Part shown: positions 1 through 11,110 of the stretch, piece by piece
Position numbering within the stretch: the stretch's first letter is position 1
Layout: the number at the start of each line of letters is the position of its first letter
Assembly: GCA_030390025.1 (NCBI GenBank)
Contig: CM059433.1
Coordinates: 69,874,001 to 69,938,000 of the forward strand
From: Squalus acanthias
Taxonomy: Eukaryota
Reading direction: 5' to 3'
Length of the DNA: 64,000 nt
Notes under the pieces: model-generated
The model's database searches: none
Told to the model about the DNA's origin: nothing
Seen by the model: only the letters and a program-made list of their open reading frames with translations
Position numbers and translations under genes: made by a program

Positions 1-986
1 TTCTCAAACCTTAAAAATGAAATATTTTAGTCAGACAGTCGAAACAGAAAGTACTTAGGCTTAAACTGACTTTCAGATAAAATATTATTAAACGCCTTTT
101 CCTCTGCCTGGCCTGGGTAGTATAACTGAAATATTCCTTTTCTAAATTCTACAGTGTGGGTGGGATAGTGGACACTATTCTTTCGATTCTGGAAGATGGA
201 TTTGAATTCGGCTGAGACAGACAGGTGGAAGCTCTCTGCCACCTGTAAAGCTTCGCAGTTTAGACAGTCTCAACCTGCCCATAATTCAGCATTAACTGGC
301 GAACAGAGAAGCATTAAGAATGTCTGGTGTGGGAAATGAAAAAAATAGCTCACATCATGCTCTTAGCTCACGATAAGTCAATGTTAGGGCAGAGTAGATT
401 TACTCTGCATCTCATCATGCCATCTGACTACCCTTGTTGCTGAAATGGTGTGCTAAAAGTAGAAACTGTTCCGTCCTCTAGGACTGACAAATTCACTTCA
501 ATAACCATATTCACTAAAAGAAAAGTGAACATTCTGCAATTAGTGAAAGAACATTCCTATCACTGATGATATCGCCATGCAAGTAGGGTCTTTTATTGAA
601 AGACTTGCATTTATATAACGCTTTTCACGACCACCGGACAGCCCAAAGCGCTTAGGAATTGCTAGACGAAAAAAGACCAAAGCCCATCTAGTTTGCCTGC
701 TCTGATCCTGGTAGTCACATGATACAACGATAATGGAGTTGTTGACTAATCATACCAATTAATCTCTATCAATTAGTCTACAACAGATCCAGACATGAGG
801 AAAACCCCAGTGCTGGAGAGCTTTGTGAAGCCTAGGTCCTAAGTCACCTTTTTCCTCCCAAGCATGCTACACTTAGCACATCATGTCTCAAATTTCTCAT
901 ATACTGTATTACAAAATGTTATTTTCTGAAAGAGATCTAATTTGCATTTGAATGAGTCACCCTCTTCTGATCATCGAAACAGCTTT

Positions 987-1490
987 GTGTCCTGAAAATT
1001 CTTGCCTTCCGACGCCAACAGGAGTGTGGATGGCAAGACTGGCGCAAAAATACTACCAAGGCAAATAAAAAGTTTTTAAAAACGTCTAGGAACAATTCAC
1101 TACCTGCTGGAGTGAGATTCCACAGCTTCATTGTTCCCTTACTGGGCCTCCAAGGTTGAGTGCCATAAATCATGTTGCTAACAGGGTCCTCTACGACATT
1201 AATTATCAGCCCTAACTGTGGTGGGAATAATTCGTATTAACGTTGTAAATCCAGCATTTAAGCATGATCGCCATTAAGTTCAATGGGGAGCCTCATGGCG
1301 AGAAGACACTTTTATCGGCTTTGGCGAGGCGAATGGCGGAGCGGCGCAAATTGTCCAGCAATGTGCAGAGAATCACAATTCATGGCGTCTCTCTTTCACT
1401 CCACAAATTGCTGGATTTTTACGAATTAATACTAGTGAGCACCATTAATGTGTCATTATAATGACGCAACTTGCCAGCAATTTCTGGCCC
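987..1490. mobile_element. Putative non-autonomous DNA transposon (MITE, PIF/Harbinger-like termini)
   Basis: The right end ...cttgccagcaatttctggccc is roughly the inverse of the left tgtgtcctgaaaattcttgcc. Same terminal style as 13275-13899 and 38335-39075. No coding capacity. Confidence 0.35.
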
Positions 1491-1668
1491 ATAGATTTTA
1501 GGTGTATTCAAAATGAAGCTGTGCACTAGACTGGAGAGAGAATACTAGAGGGATGAGCTTGTTGGGCCAAATGGTCTTTTCTTGTCCTTAACATGCTCTT
1601 ATCCTGAACTTGTATAGAAATCATAAAGATAGCATGTATCTGTGTAACTTTTTCTGTTCCCTTATATT

Positions 1669-2124
1669 GAAAGAAAGACTTGCATTTATATAGCGCCTTT
1701 CACGACCACCAGATGTCCCAAAGCGCTTTACAGCCAATGAAGTACTTTTTGAAGTGTAGTCACTGTTGTAATGTAGGAACGCGGCAGCCAATTTGCACAC
1801 AGCAAGCTCCCACAAACAGCAATGTGATAAGGACCAGATAATCTGCTTTAGTGATGTTGGTTGAGGAATAAATGTAGGCCAGGGCACCAGGGATAACTCC
1901 CATGCTCTTCGTCAAAATAGTGCCATGGCATCTTTTACGTCCACCTGAGAGGGCAGACAGGACCTCGGTTTAACGTCTCACCCGAAAGATGGCACCCTGA
2001 CGGTGCAGCACTCGCTCGGTACTGCACTGGAGTGTCAGCCTAGACTTTTGCGCTCAAGTCCTGGAGTCGGACTTGAACCCACAACCTTGACTCAGAGGCG
2101 AGTGCGCTACCCACTGACTGACAC
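1669..2124 (-). mobile_element. Near full-length tRNA-derived DeuSINE (SacSINE1-like)
   Basis: Minus strand shows a tRNA-like A/B box head (TCAGTGGGTAGCGCAC...GGTTCAAGTCC) and a Deu-type core (GAGACGTTAAACCGAGGTCCTGTCTGCCCTCTCAGGTGGACGTAAAAGATGCCATGGCACTAT). The tail AAGGCGCTATATAAATGCAAGTCTTTC is shared with the L2 3' end in this window. Confidence 0.85.
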
Positions 2125-3127
2125 ATTGGGACTTTTATATTGTCAAATTGGGACTCCGTTTTTTTAAAATACCGAAATGGTACGAACAAGAATGTTTTTC
2201 TTTTTGAAGCATTAAAACTAAGTACAGTTGAACTCCATGTATTAAGTGGATTTCTTTTAAAACCACTATCTGGGTCTCTATATTTTAGCTTCGAAATAAG
2301 TAATTGTTTTGGAAAAACCTTAACAGAATTTAAATGTTTTCTGCTGTTCACAAAACTGCTGAGTGAGAAAGTTATGCAGTCTTAGAGTTGAAAACTATGT
2401 GATATATTGCCTTGGACTCACTTTCAATTGTGGTCACATCCAACACTGTATAATTGTGGGAAAACTTATTTACTAATGATTTCCTGAAACCAAAGTGCTC
2501 ACTCCTTCCAAAATGTTGGTACTATGCTCTCCCCTCCAAATAAAACACTATGATTCATTCTTTCCCCATTCCCACTAAATTGCTGACCACCCAATTTCCA
2601 TTCCTGGACTCCATAGTACAGGAAACTTTCGTTTATCCGGCACCGACGGGACCGGCGTGGTGCCGGTTGATCGAAAGTGCCGGATTACAGAGAGGTATAC
2701 TTACCAAGGTACGACTTACATTGTAAATAGTTCTCCCTCCTCAGGTACTGTCCCTCTCCCTTGCAAAACACTGTCATCCCGCTGCTCAAAAAAAAGACTC
2801 TCGACACTTTGTCCTGGCAAACTAACGACCTATCTCCAATCTCCCTTTCCTCTCCAAGTCTTTGGATGTGTTGGCACCTCCCAATTTCCTACCCATCTTT
2901 CCCTCAACTCCCTGCTTGAATCTCTCCAATCAGGTTCCCTCCCCCCACTGCTGCAGCAACAAAACAGCCCTGATGACATCCTCAGCCATTTGCATATTTT
3001 GAAATCACAGACTATTTACAGAGAATTGAACAACAGCTCAGAAAAGGTTTTTGACATTTTAGGATTGGGTGCATAGATACACTGAATGCCCTGTATTTGC
3101 CAAACCTTTATGGATTAATCTGTCCCA

Positions 3128-4241
3128 ATCACGGAATTGGGGGTAATATATTAGCATGGATAGAGAATTGGCTAACTAACAGAAAGCTGAGAGTCGGGAT
3201 TAATGGGTCATTTTCCGGTTGGCAAAAGGTAACTAGTGGGGTGCCACAGGGATCAGTGCTGGGGCCTCAACTATTTACAATCTACATTAATGACTTGGAT
3301 GAAGGGACCGAGTGTAATGTAGCCAAGTTTGCGGATGATACAAAGATGGGTGGGAAAGCAAGTTGTGCAGAGGACTCAAAGAACCTGCAAAGGGATAGAG
3401 ACAGGCTAAGTGAGTGGGCAAACATTTGGCAGATGGAGTATAATGTGGGAAAGTGCGAGGTTATACACTTTGGCAGGAAAAATAAAAAAGCAAATTATTA
3501 TTTAAATGGAGAGAGATTACAAAATGCTACAGTTCAGAGGGACCTGGGGGTCCCTGTGCATGAAACACAAAAAGTTAGCATGCAGGTACAGCAAGTAATC
3601 AAAAAGGCAAATGGAATGTTGGCCTTTATTTCAAGGGGGTTGGAGTATAAAAGCAGGGAAGTCCTGCTGTAACTGTACAGGGTATTGGTGAGACCACACC
3701 TCGAGTACTGCGTACAGTTTTGGTCTCCTTATTTAAGGCATTGGAGGCAGTTCAGAGACGATTCACTAGGTTAATTCCAGAGATGAGGGGGTTGACATAT
3801 GAGGAAAGGTTGAGCAGGCTGGGCCTATACTCATTGGAATTTAGAAGAATGAGAGGTGATCTTATTGAAACATAAGATACTGAGGGGGCTCGACAAGGTA
3901 GATGCAGAGAGGATGTTTCCCCTCATGGGGAAATCTAGAACTCGGGGGCACAGTTTTAGAATAAAGGGTCGCCCTTTTAGAACTGAGATGAGGAGGAATT
4001 TCTTCTCTCAGAGGGTCGTAAATCTGTGGAATTCTCTGCCCCAGAGAGCTGTGGAGGCTGGGTCATTAAATACATTTAAGGTGGAGATAGACAGATTTTT
4101 GCAAGATAAGGGAGTGAAGGGTTATGGGGAGCGGGCGGGGAAGTGGCTTTGAGCCCAAGATCAGCCATGATCTTATTGAATGGTGGAGCAGGCTCGAGGG
4201 GCCAAGTGGCCTATTCCTGCTCCTATTTCTTATGTTCTTAT
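3128..4241 (+). mobile_element. 5'-truncated CR1 LINE (ORF2 RT C-terminal half and 3' UTR), disrupted
   Basis: ORF 3097-3672 has GVPQGSVLGP and FADD RT motifs. Premature stop at 3670-3672 and a small deletion. CR1 3' stem-loop tail ends ttcttatgttctta. Confidence 0.95.
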
Positions 4242-4307
4242 AATCCGTTACGGTGAGTGAGATGGCTGTAAAGAATTGTCACAGGCAAAAAATATGTTTC
4301 AGATATA

Positions 4308-4720
4308 CTGGGCTTATACTCTCTGGAGTTTAGCAGAATGAGAGGTGATCTCATTGAAACATATACGATTCTGAGGGGGATTGACAGGGTAGATGCTGAG
4401 AGGTTGTTTCCCATGGCTGGAGAGTTTAGAACTCGGGGGGCATAGTCTCAGGATAAGGAGTCAGCCATTTAAAACTGAGATGAGGAGGAATTTCTTCAGT
4501 AAGAGGGTTGTGAATCTTTGGAATTCTCTACCTGAAAAGGCTGTGGATGCTGAGTCGTTGAGTATATTCAAGGCAGAGAGAGATTGATTCTTGGATTCTA
4601 TGGAAACCAAGGGATATGGGGCTCGGGCAAGAAAGTGGAGTTGAGGTCGAAGATCAGCAATGATCTTATTGAATGGCGGGGCAGTATGGCCTACTCCTGC
4701 TCCTAATTCTTATGTTCGAA
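4308..4720 (+). mobile_element. CR1 LINE 3' fragment
   Basis: FKTEMRRNFFS..RVVNLWNSLP ORF2 C-terminus plus the same 3' tail as the neighbouring CR1. Confidence 0.9.
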
Positions 4721-5338
4721 TTCTTCTTATTCTTGGATCACTATGTTCAAAGTGGGCAACAAGTTGAGATAGAAACTTATGCAATCTTTGACTAATTTAT
4801 TACAAAACATCTGTCTGTGAAAACATGAAGTCTTTAACTGATTAATAACTATGTGTGTGCTGGGAATGCATTTCCACTTCAATACAGCCAGACAATCAGT
4901 TCACTATCACATTTCAGGATTTATTGGCTATTTTTCCCAATTTGGAAAGGATTTTGGGCAAAAAGTTCCTTTTAATGTTGGATCTTTAAAAACATAGTAT
5001 ATTAAGATAAGGTTTAAAAACATACAGAGACAATAGGCAGTTAAGAAGTTAATAGCAATTTGTTAGTTTGTCTCAGCAATCAAAAAAATTCCTCACGCCC
5101 GCTGCATTGGAAGTCTTTGATCATCTTTTTGCCTGAACTGAGAGATGGAGAACAGAGGCTTAGACACAGGCTGAGAGAGGGGTTTTTTGAAACAGGATAC
5201 TGTGCAGGCAGTCAGGAAGCAAAAGACTACAAGAAGGATGGAATGCAGGAGAGAGGATTTAGAAAATTGGTGTAAGTCAAGCAAAATTACCTATTCATGT
5301 TAGGTAGTATAGCATGTTCAATAATTTTATATTATTGC

Positions 5339-5462
5339 CAATGTTCCCTTTAAAAATTTTTTGGCTGCGCGGTCTATTCAAAAGACTGTGCATGTGCGGT
5401 TTTTCCCTATTGAAAAGCCAGTCAGCCAGCTGCGCGGGAGCTGCAGAGCAAAGAGAACATTG
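5339..5462. mobile_element. Small hAT-type MITE
   Basis: TIRs caatgttccct / agagaacattg. 8-bp flanks attattgc / attattat match at 6/8, consistent with a decayed 8-bp TSD. Confidence 0.6.
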
Positions 5463-5564
5463 ATTATTATATGAAGAAAAATTTTACAAGTTTATCTAGG
5501 TGAGTATGATCATAACTGTTGCTCTGTGTGTTCACTCACTGTGAAATAAGGCAGCTTAACGATT

Positions 5565-7380
5565 CAACAACAACAATTTGCATTTATATGTTCCACCAGG
5601 ACCACTAGGCTCCAGACCTCATTACAGCCTCGGCACAAAGATGGACATGAGCTGAATTCCAGAGGTGAGGGGAGAGTGACATCAAGTCAGCATTTGACCG
5701 AGTGTGGCATCAAGGAGCCCTAGTAAAATTGAAGTCTATGGGAATTGGGGAAAACTCTCCACTGGCACAAAGTCATACCTAGCACAAAGGAAGATGGTTG
5801 TGGTTGTTGGAGACCAATCATCTCAGCCCCAGGACATCGCTGCAGGAGTTCTTCATAGCAGTGTCCTAGGCCCAACCATCTCCAGCTGCTTCATCAATTA
5901 CCTTCCCTCCATCATAAGGTCAGAAGTGGCGATGTCCGCTGATGATTGCACAGTATTCAGTGCCATTCATAACTGCTCAGATAATGAAGCAGTCCATGCC
6001 TGCATGCAGCAAGACCTGGACGACATCCAGGCTTGGGCTGATAAGAGGCAAGTAACATTCGCGCCACACAAGTGCCAGGCAATGACCATCTCCAACAAGA
6101 GAGAGTCTAACCACTGCCCTTTGACAGTCAACGGCATTACCATTGCCGAATCCCCCACCAACAGCATCTTGGGGGTCACCATTGACCAGAAACTTAACTG
6201 GACCAGCCACATAAGTACTGTGGATACAAGAGCGGGTCCGAGGCTAGGTATTCTGCGGCAAGTGTCTCACCTCCCGACTCCACAAAGCCTTTCCATCATC
6301 TACAAGGCACAAGTCAGGAGTGTGATGGAATACTCTCACTTGCCTGGATGAGTGCAGCTCCAACAACACTCAAGAAGCTCGACACCATCCAGGACAAAGC
6401 AGCCTGCTTGATTGGCACCCCATCCACCACCTTAAACAGTAACTCCCTCCACCACCGACACACCGTGGCTGCAGTGTGTGTGTACCATCTACAAGATGCA
6501 CTGCAGCAACTCACCAAGGCTTCTTCGACAGCCCCTCCCAAACCCGCGACTTCCACCACCTAGAAGGACAAGGGCAGCAGGCGCATGGGAACACCATCAC
6601 CTCCAAGTCACACACCATCCTGACTTGGAATGTTGCCGTTCCTTCATTGTCGCTGGATCAAAATCCTGGAACTCCCTCCCTAACAGCACTGTGGGAGTAC
6701 CTTCACCACATGGACTGCAGCAGTTCAAGAAGACGACTCACCACCACCTTCTCAAGGGCAATTATGGATGGGCAATAAATGCTGGCCTTGCCAGCGACAC
6801 CCACATCCCAGGAATGAATTAAAATAGTGCCTTTAACATAGTACAACACATCCCAAGGTGCTTCACAGGTGCGTTATCAGACAAAATTTGACACTGAGCC
6901 ACTAAGAGATATTAGGACAGGTGACCAAAAGCTTGGTCAAAGAGGTAGGTTTTAAGGAGCGACTTATAGGAGGAGAGGGGGGCAGAGGCAGGAGTTTAGG
7001 GAATTTCAGAGCTTAGGGCCTAGGCAGATGAAGGCACGGCCGCCAATGGTGACGCGATGAAAATCAGGGATGCTCCAAGAGGCCAGAATTGGAGAAGTGC
7101 AGAGATCTTGGAGAGATGTAGGGCTGGAGGAAGGTTACAGAGATGGGGTGGGGCGAGGCCGTGGAGGGATTTGAACACAAGGATGAGAAATTTAAAATCG
7201 AGGCTTTGCCGAACCAGGAGCCAATGTAGGTGAGCGAGCACAGGCATGATGTGATAGGACTTGGTACAAGTTAGGATACGGGCAGCAGAGTTTTGAATGT
7301 GCTCAAGTTTATAGAGGGTGGAAGGTGGGAGGCTGGCCTGTGGAGCATTGGAATAGTCACGTCTGGAGGTAATAAAGACT
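5565..7380 (-). mobile_element. L2 LINE 3' fragment (5565-5589 and 6823-7380), split by the LINE above
   Basis: Minus ORF 7020-7247 PVLAHLHWLLVRQSLDFKFLILVFKSLHGLAP is the typical L2 ORF2 C-terminal motif. A (caa)n tail is at 5565. Homologous to 28040-28600. Confidence 0.85.
5594..6820 (+). mobile_element. LINE of a second CR1-clade family (RT C-terminal half and 3' tail), nested in an L2 3' end
   Basis: Degenerate RT motifs (GVLHSSVLGP, SADDCT, QQDLDDIQAWADK, LGVTIDQKLNW) with frameshifts. 3' tail gggcaataaatgctggccttgccagcgacacccacatcc. Confidence 0.85.
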
Positions 7381-7624
7381 TGAGTTTGTGTTAGAGATAT
7401 GCAAGTAGCTTTGTGCCAGTAAGTTTTTGTGCAATGAGTTTTGACTTTGCAATCAAAAAAATTAGGCTTGTGACTTTAGGATAATCTTATCAAAGGTATC
7501 CAGAAAATGCAATGACTTATCTAAATTCCTGATACTCACCAGGGAAACGAAGTAAAGGATCACAGGTAGCACATATAGTTTTATTTTGCACAAAACTAGC
7601 ACAATGTCTGCTGGATATTCACAA

Positions 7625-8250
7625 ATCTTTGACGGTGGCAGGGCAAGTTGTTAAGAAAGCATATGGGATACTTGGCTTTGTAAATAGGGGCATTGAATAC
7701 AAAAACAAGTAAGTCATGCTAAACCTTTACAAATCTCTGGTTAGGCCTCAGCTGGAGAAATGTGTACACTTCTGGGCACCACACTTTAGGAAGGATGCCA
7801 AGGCCCTGGAGAGGGTTCAGAGGAGGTTTACCAGGATGATATGAGAGATGAGTGAGTTCAGTTATGTGGAGAGATTTGAAAAGCTGGGATTGTTCTCCTT
7901 AGAGCAAAGAATGTTAAGGGGAGCACTAATAGAGCTATTCAGAATTATGAGGAGTTTTGATAGAGCAAATAGGGAGAAACTATTTCCTCTGGCAAGTGGG
8001 TCGGTAACTAGAGGTCATAGATTTAAAATAATTGGCAAAAGAACTAGAGGGGAAATGAGGAGAAATTTCTTCAGACAGAGGGTTATGATGATCTGGAACA
8101 CACTACCTGAAAGGGTGGTGGAATCAGATTCTGTCGGAACTTTTAAATGACAATTAGACATTTACTTGAAGAGGACTGATTTGCAAAGAGCTGACACAGG
8201 CATGATGGCACAAATGGCGTCCTTCTGTGCTGTGAGATTCTATGATTCTA
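7625..8250 (+). mobile_element. CR1 LINE 3' fragment
   Basis: LGLFSLEQR.LRG.LIE, TRGH, RRNFF..RV..IWN.LP motifs, with an (attctatg)-type tail. Confidence 0.9.
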
Positions 8251-8442
8251 CAATTACATACTGAACTTTATAACATGTTGACTTTCTATTGGCAACATTA
8301 GCGCCTGAATGCCAACATTTATCCCTCAACCAATATCACTGAAAAATGGATTATCTGTTCATTTATCTCAGTGTTGCTTGTGGGGACTTACTGTGTGCCA
8401 TTTTTCCTACATAACAACAGTACCTACATTTCAAAAGTACTT

Positions 8443-9303
8443 TAGCAAAATACTGCGGATGCTGGAAATCTGAAATAACAACAGAAAATGCTGGAAATAC
8501 TCAGCAGGCCAGGCAGCATCCGTGGAGAGAGAAACAGAGTTAACGCTTCAGGTCTGGGACCCTTCATCAGAACTGGAAAAGGCTGGCCTTCTCCTTTGCT
8601 TGGCACCTTCCCGTGCAAGCGCAGGAGATGCAACACATGCCCTTTTACCTCCTCCCTTCCCACTGTCCAGGGCCCCAAACACCCCTTCCAGGTGAAACAG
8701 CGATTTACTTGTACTTCTTGCAATTTAATATACTGTATTTGCTGCTCACGATGCGGTCTCCTCTACATTGGGGAGACCAAACGCAGATTGGGTGACCGCT
8801 TTGGGGAACACCTCCATTCAGTCCGTAAGGGTGACCCAGAGCTTCCGGTCGCCTGTCACTTTAATTCTCCGCTTCACTCCCACTCTGATCTCTCTGTCCT
8901 CGGCCTATTACATTGTTCCAATGAAGCTCAACGTAAGCTCGAGGAACAGCACCTCATCTTTCGATTAGGCACTTTACAGCCTTCCGGACTTAACACTGAG
9001 TTCAACAATTTCAGACAATAATCCCTGCCCCCATTTTTCATGCTGTATGATTTTGCCATTCCCATTTGCAACATTTTATCTTTCCTGCCTCTTACATAAG
9101 CACAGTATGTTCTTTCAACTCCTTCCTCCCCACCTAAACCCCACCCCCCCAACCCCGCCCTGTCTCTGCACCTGCTTAATATCTGTTACATCTCCAGCTT
9201 TTTCCAGTTCTGATGAAGGGTCCCAGACCTGAAACGTTAACTCTGTTTCTCTCTCCACGGATGCTGCCTGGCCTGCTGAGTATTTCCAGCATTTTCTGTT
9301 GTT
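8443..9303 (+). mobile_element. 5'-truncated Penelope-like retroelement: GIY-YIG endonuclease region with inverted pseudo-LTR copy and 15-bp TSD
   Basis: ORF 8488-9021 contains NLIYCICCSRCGLLYIGETKRRLGDRFGEH (GIY-YIG with Cys pair). ~115-bp inverted repeat 8471-8586 / 9194-9309. Direct repeat atttcaaaagtactt at 8428-8442 and 9304-9318. Confidence 0.92.
9206..9242 (+). ncRNA. Minimal hammerhead ribozyme motif in PLE pseudo-LTR
   Basis: agtt-CTGATGA-agggtcccagacct-GAAA-cg-TT-aact: stem I agtt/aact, stem II ggtc/gacc, palindromic loop-less stem III (ACGT). The inverted copy at 8538-8574 (-) has GAAA>GAAG. Confidence 0.8.
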
Positions 9304-9414
9304 ATTTCAAAAGTACTTAATTGGCTGTAAGGCATCTAGGACATCCAGAGGACATGAAAGGTGCTGTATAAATACAAGATATGTGACTGAGAAGTTCTTT
9401 CAAATAGTTCCTCA

Positions 9415-10556
9415 TTGCATAATACCAGTATAGCTGCAAGTGGAATTGCAGGAGATGGAACGTAAACAGTGAGGAGGATTGTAAAAGACCATAGGAGGAT
9501 GCAGACAGGTTCGTGAAATGGGCAGACAGATGGCAGATGCAATTTACAGCAAAGAGTGAAGTAATGCATTTCAAAAGTACTTCATTGGGTCTTCCAGCTC
9601 TTTGCTAGAAGCAATAGGAATAGACACAATAGAAAGACACTGACAAATGTAGAAGAAGAGAGAGACCTTGGGATTGAAATGTATAATTCCTTGAATGTGC
9701 AAGTATAGGTAGATAAGGCCATAAAAAGGCCAATAGTATTTTGGAATGTATAAATAGGAGTATAGAGCACAAGAGCGATGAGGTAATGGTAAACGTGTAC
9801 AGGCAATAGTTGCGCCACAGTTAGACTACTGCTTGTAGTTTCCTATATTTGTTCTCAGGTTGTGGGTGATGCTGGCACGACTGTATTTATTGCTCATTCC
9901 TAGTTGCCCTGAGAAGGTGGTGGTGGACCGTCTCTCCTTGAACTGTTTCAGTCGATGTGGTAATGTGAGAAAGAGAATTCCAGGAATTTGACCTAGGTGA
10001 CAATGGGATGGTGATATATGTCCGTGTCAGGATGATGTGTAACTTAGAAGGGAACTTGGAGGTGATGGTGTTCCCATGATATTGCTAAACTTGTCCTTCT
10101 CAGTGGTTGGGGTGGCATCTCACTATGGAGAAGACATTAAAGCCACAGAGAGCATACAGTGAAGAGTCACCAGGATGAGAAATTACAGTTACGTCGAGAG
10201 ATTTGATATACGGAGACCAAATCAACTGATGCAGAGAAGGATATGTGGAGGTTTAATAAGAGGTTTTAAATTATGAAAAGTTTTTGATCGGGTGAATATG
10301 GAAAGACTATTTCCTCTGGTTGGAGAGTCAGTGTTGAGAAATTATCAATTTAAGATTGTCACTAAGACAATCTTAACTTGATAATTTAAGAGCAGGGTTA
10401 GGAGAATTTTTTTATGCAGTTTTTTTAAATCAAAAGATGATACAGGGCTATGGAAAAAGAGAGTGTGATTAGTTTAGGATTGCTCCAGCAAAAGCTGGCA
10501 TCGACAGGATGGGCTCAATGGCCTCCTTCTGTGCTGTAAACTTCAATGGTTCTATA
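9415..10556 (+). mobile_element. Old, fragmented CR1 LINE with an antisense second-family LINE tail (~9850-10110) inserted
   Basis: Degenerate CR1 ORF2 motifs (WADRWQMQF.., EERDLG, RP.LDYC) and a 3' tail at ~10500-10556. Confidence 0.7.
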
Positions 10557-10954
10557 GAAACATAATTTTTCTCTGTGTGTTGCAGATGGCAGTACAGCAT
10601 GTTGGGACATTAGGCCTCAGAATGGCAGTTCCGCATCCATGATCATCACACAGTGAGGCCCTGGTCTCTACTGTGCTACAGGAGTATGTACCAAGTCAAA
10701 GCGAAATACTTCCCTTCAGGGAGCAAGGGAGGGAAAATCAGTGTGAAAATCTCCACAGTCCACAATCACTCATTTCAGAAAGGCTGGTTTTAAAGCAGTA
10801 CAGTCACAGACTCAAGAACAGATATTGAGGGCAGTCTCAAAAGCGGAAGTTAAGAAAACACTTTTTCAAATATATAAAAGAAAACAAAAGGCCATTACAC
10901 AATCTTCCACCAATGACTGATAAACAATGAAAAGAAAGAACCTGTACCGCAGGA

Positions 10955-11110
10955 AGTACTTTTGAAGTATAGTCACTATTGTAATGTAGGAAATGAGGTC
11001 GCCAATTTGCAGACAGCAAGGTCCCACAAACAGCAATTGGATAATGACCAGATAATCTGTTTTTTTTTAAAAGGTGATGTTGGTTGAGGGATAAATATTG
11101 TCCAGGAAAA
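10955..11110 (-). mobile_element. DeuSINE (SacSINE1-like) fragment
   Basis: Matches 1740-1885. Confidence 0.8.

Larger units (their letters stand above)
8310..9380 (+). mobile_element. DeuSINE (SacSINE1-like) 3' part interrupted by a Penelope-like element
   Basis: 8310-8442 and 9319-9380 join into the same sequence as the reverse complement of 1669-1880. Confidence 0.8.

Noticed and set aside
27-242. 71-codon minus ORF preceded by TTTACAG as a possible exon
   Set aside because: Weak pyrimidine tract and no recognisable protein in any frame.
2617-3095. Tc1/mariner-type MITE (tacagg...cctgta)
   Set aside because: The left end has a hairpin-rich MITE-like head, but the matching right TIR is too short to support the boundaries.
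10613-10660. C/D snoRNA-like motif on the minus strand (GGCCTCA..GTGATGA..CTGA-GGCC)
   Set aside because: Only 48 nt, non-canonical stem-to-C-box spacing, no C'/D' boxes and no target I can recognise.
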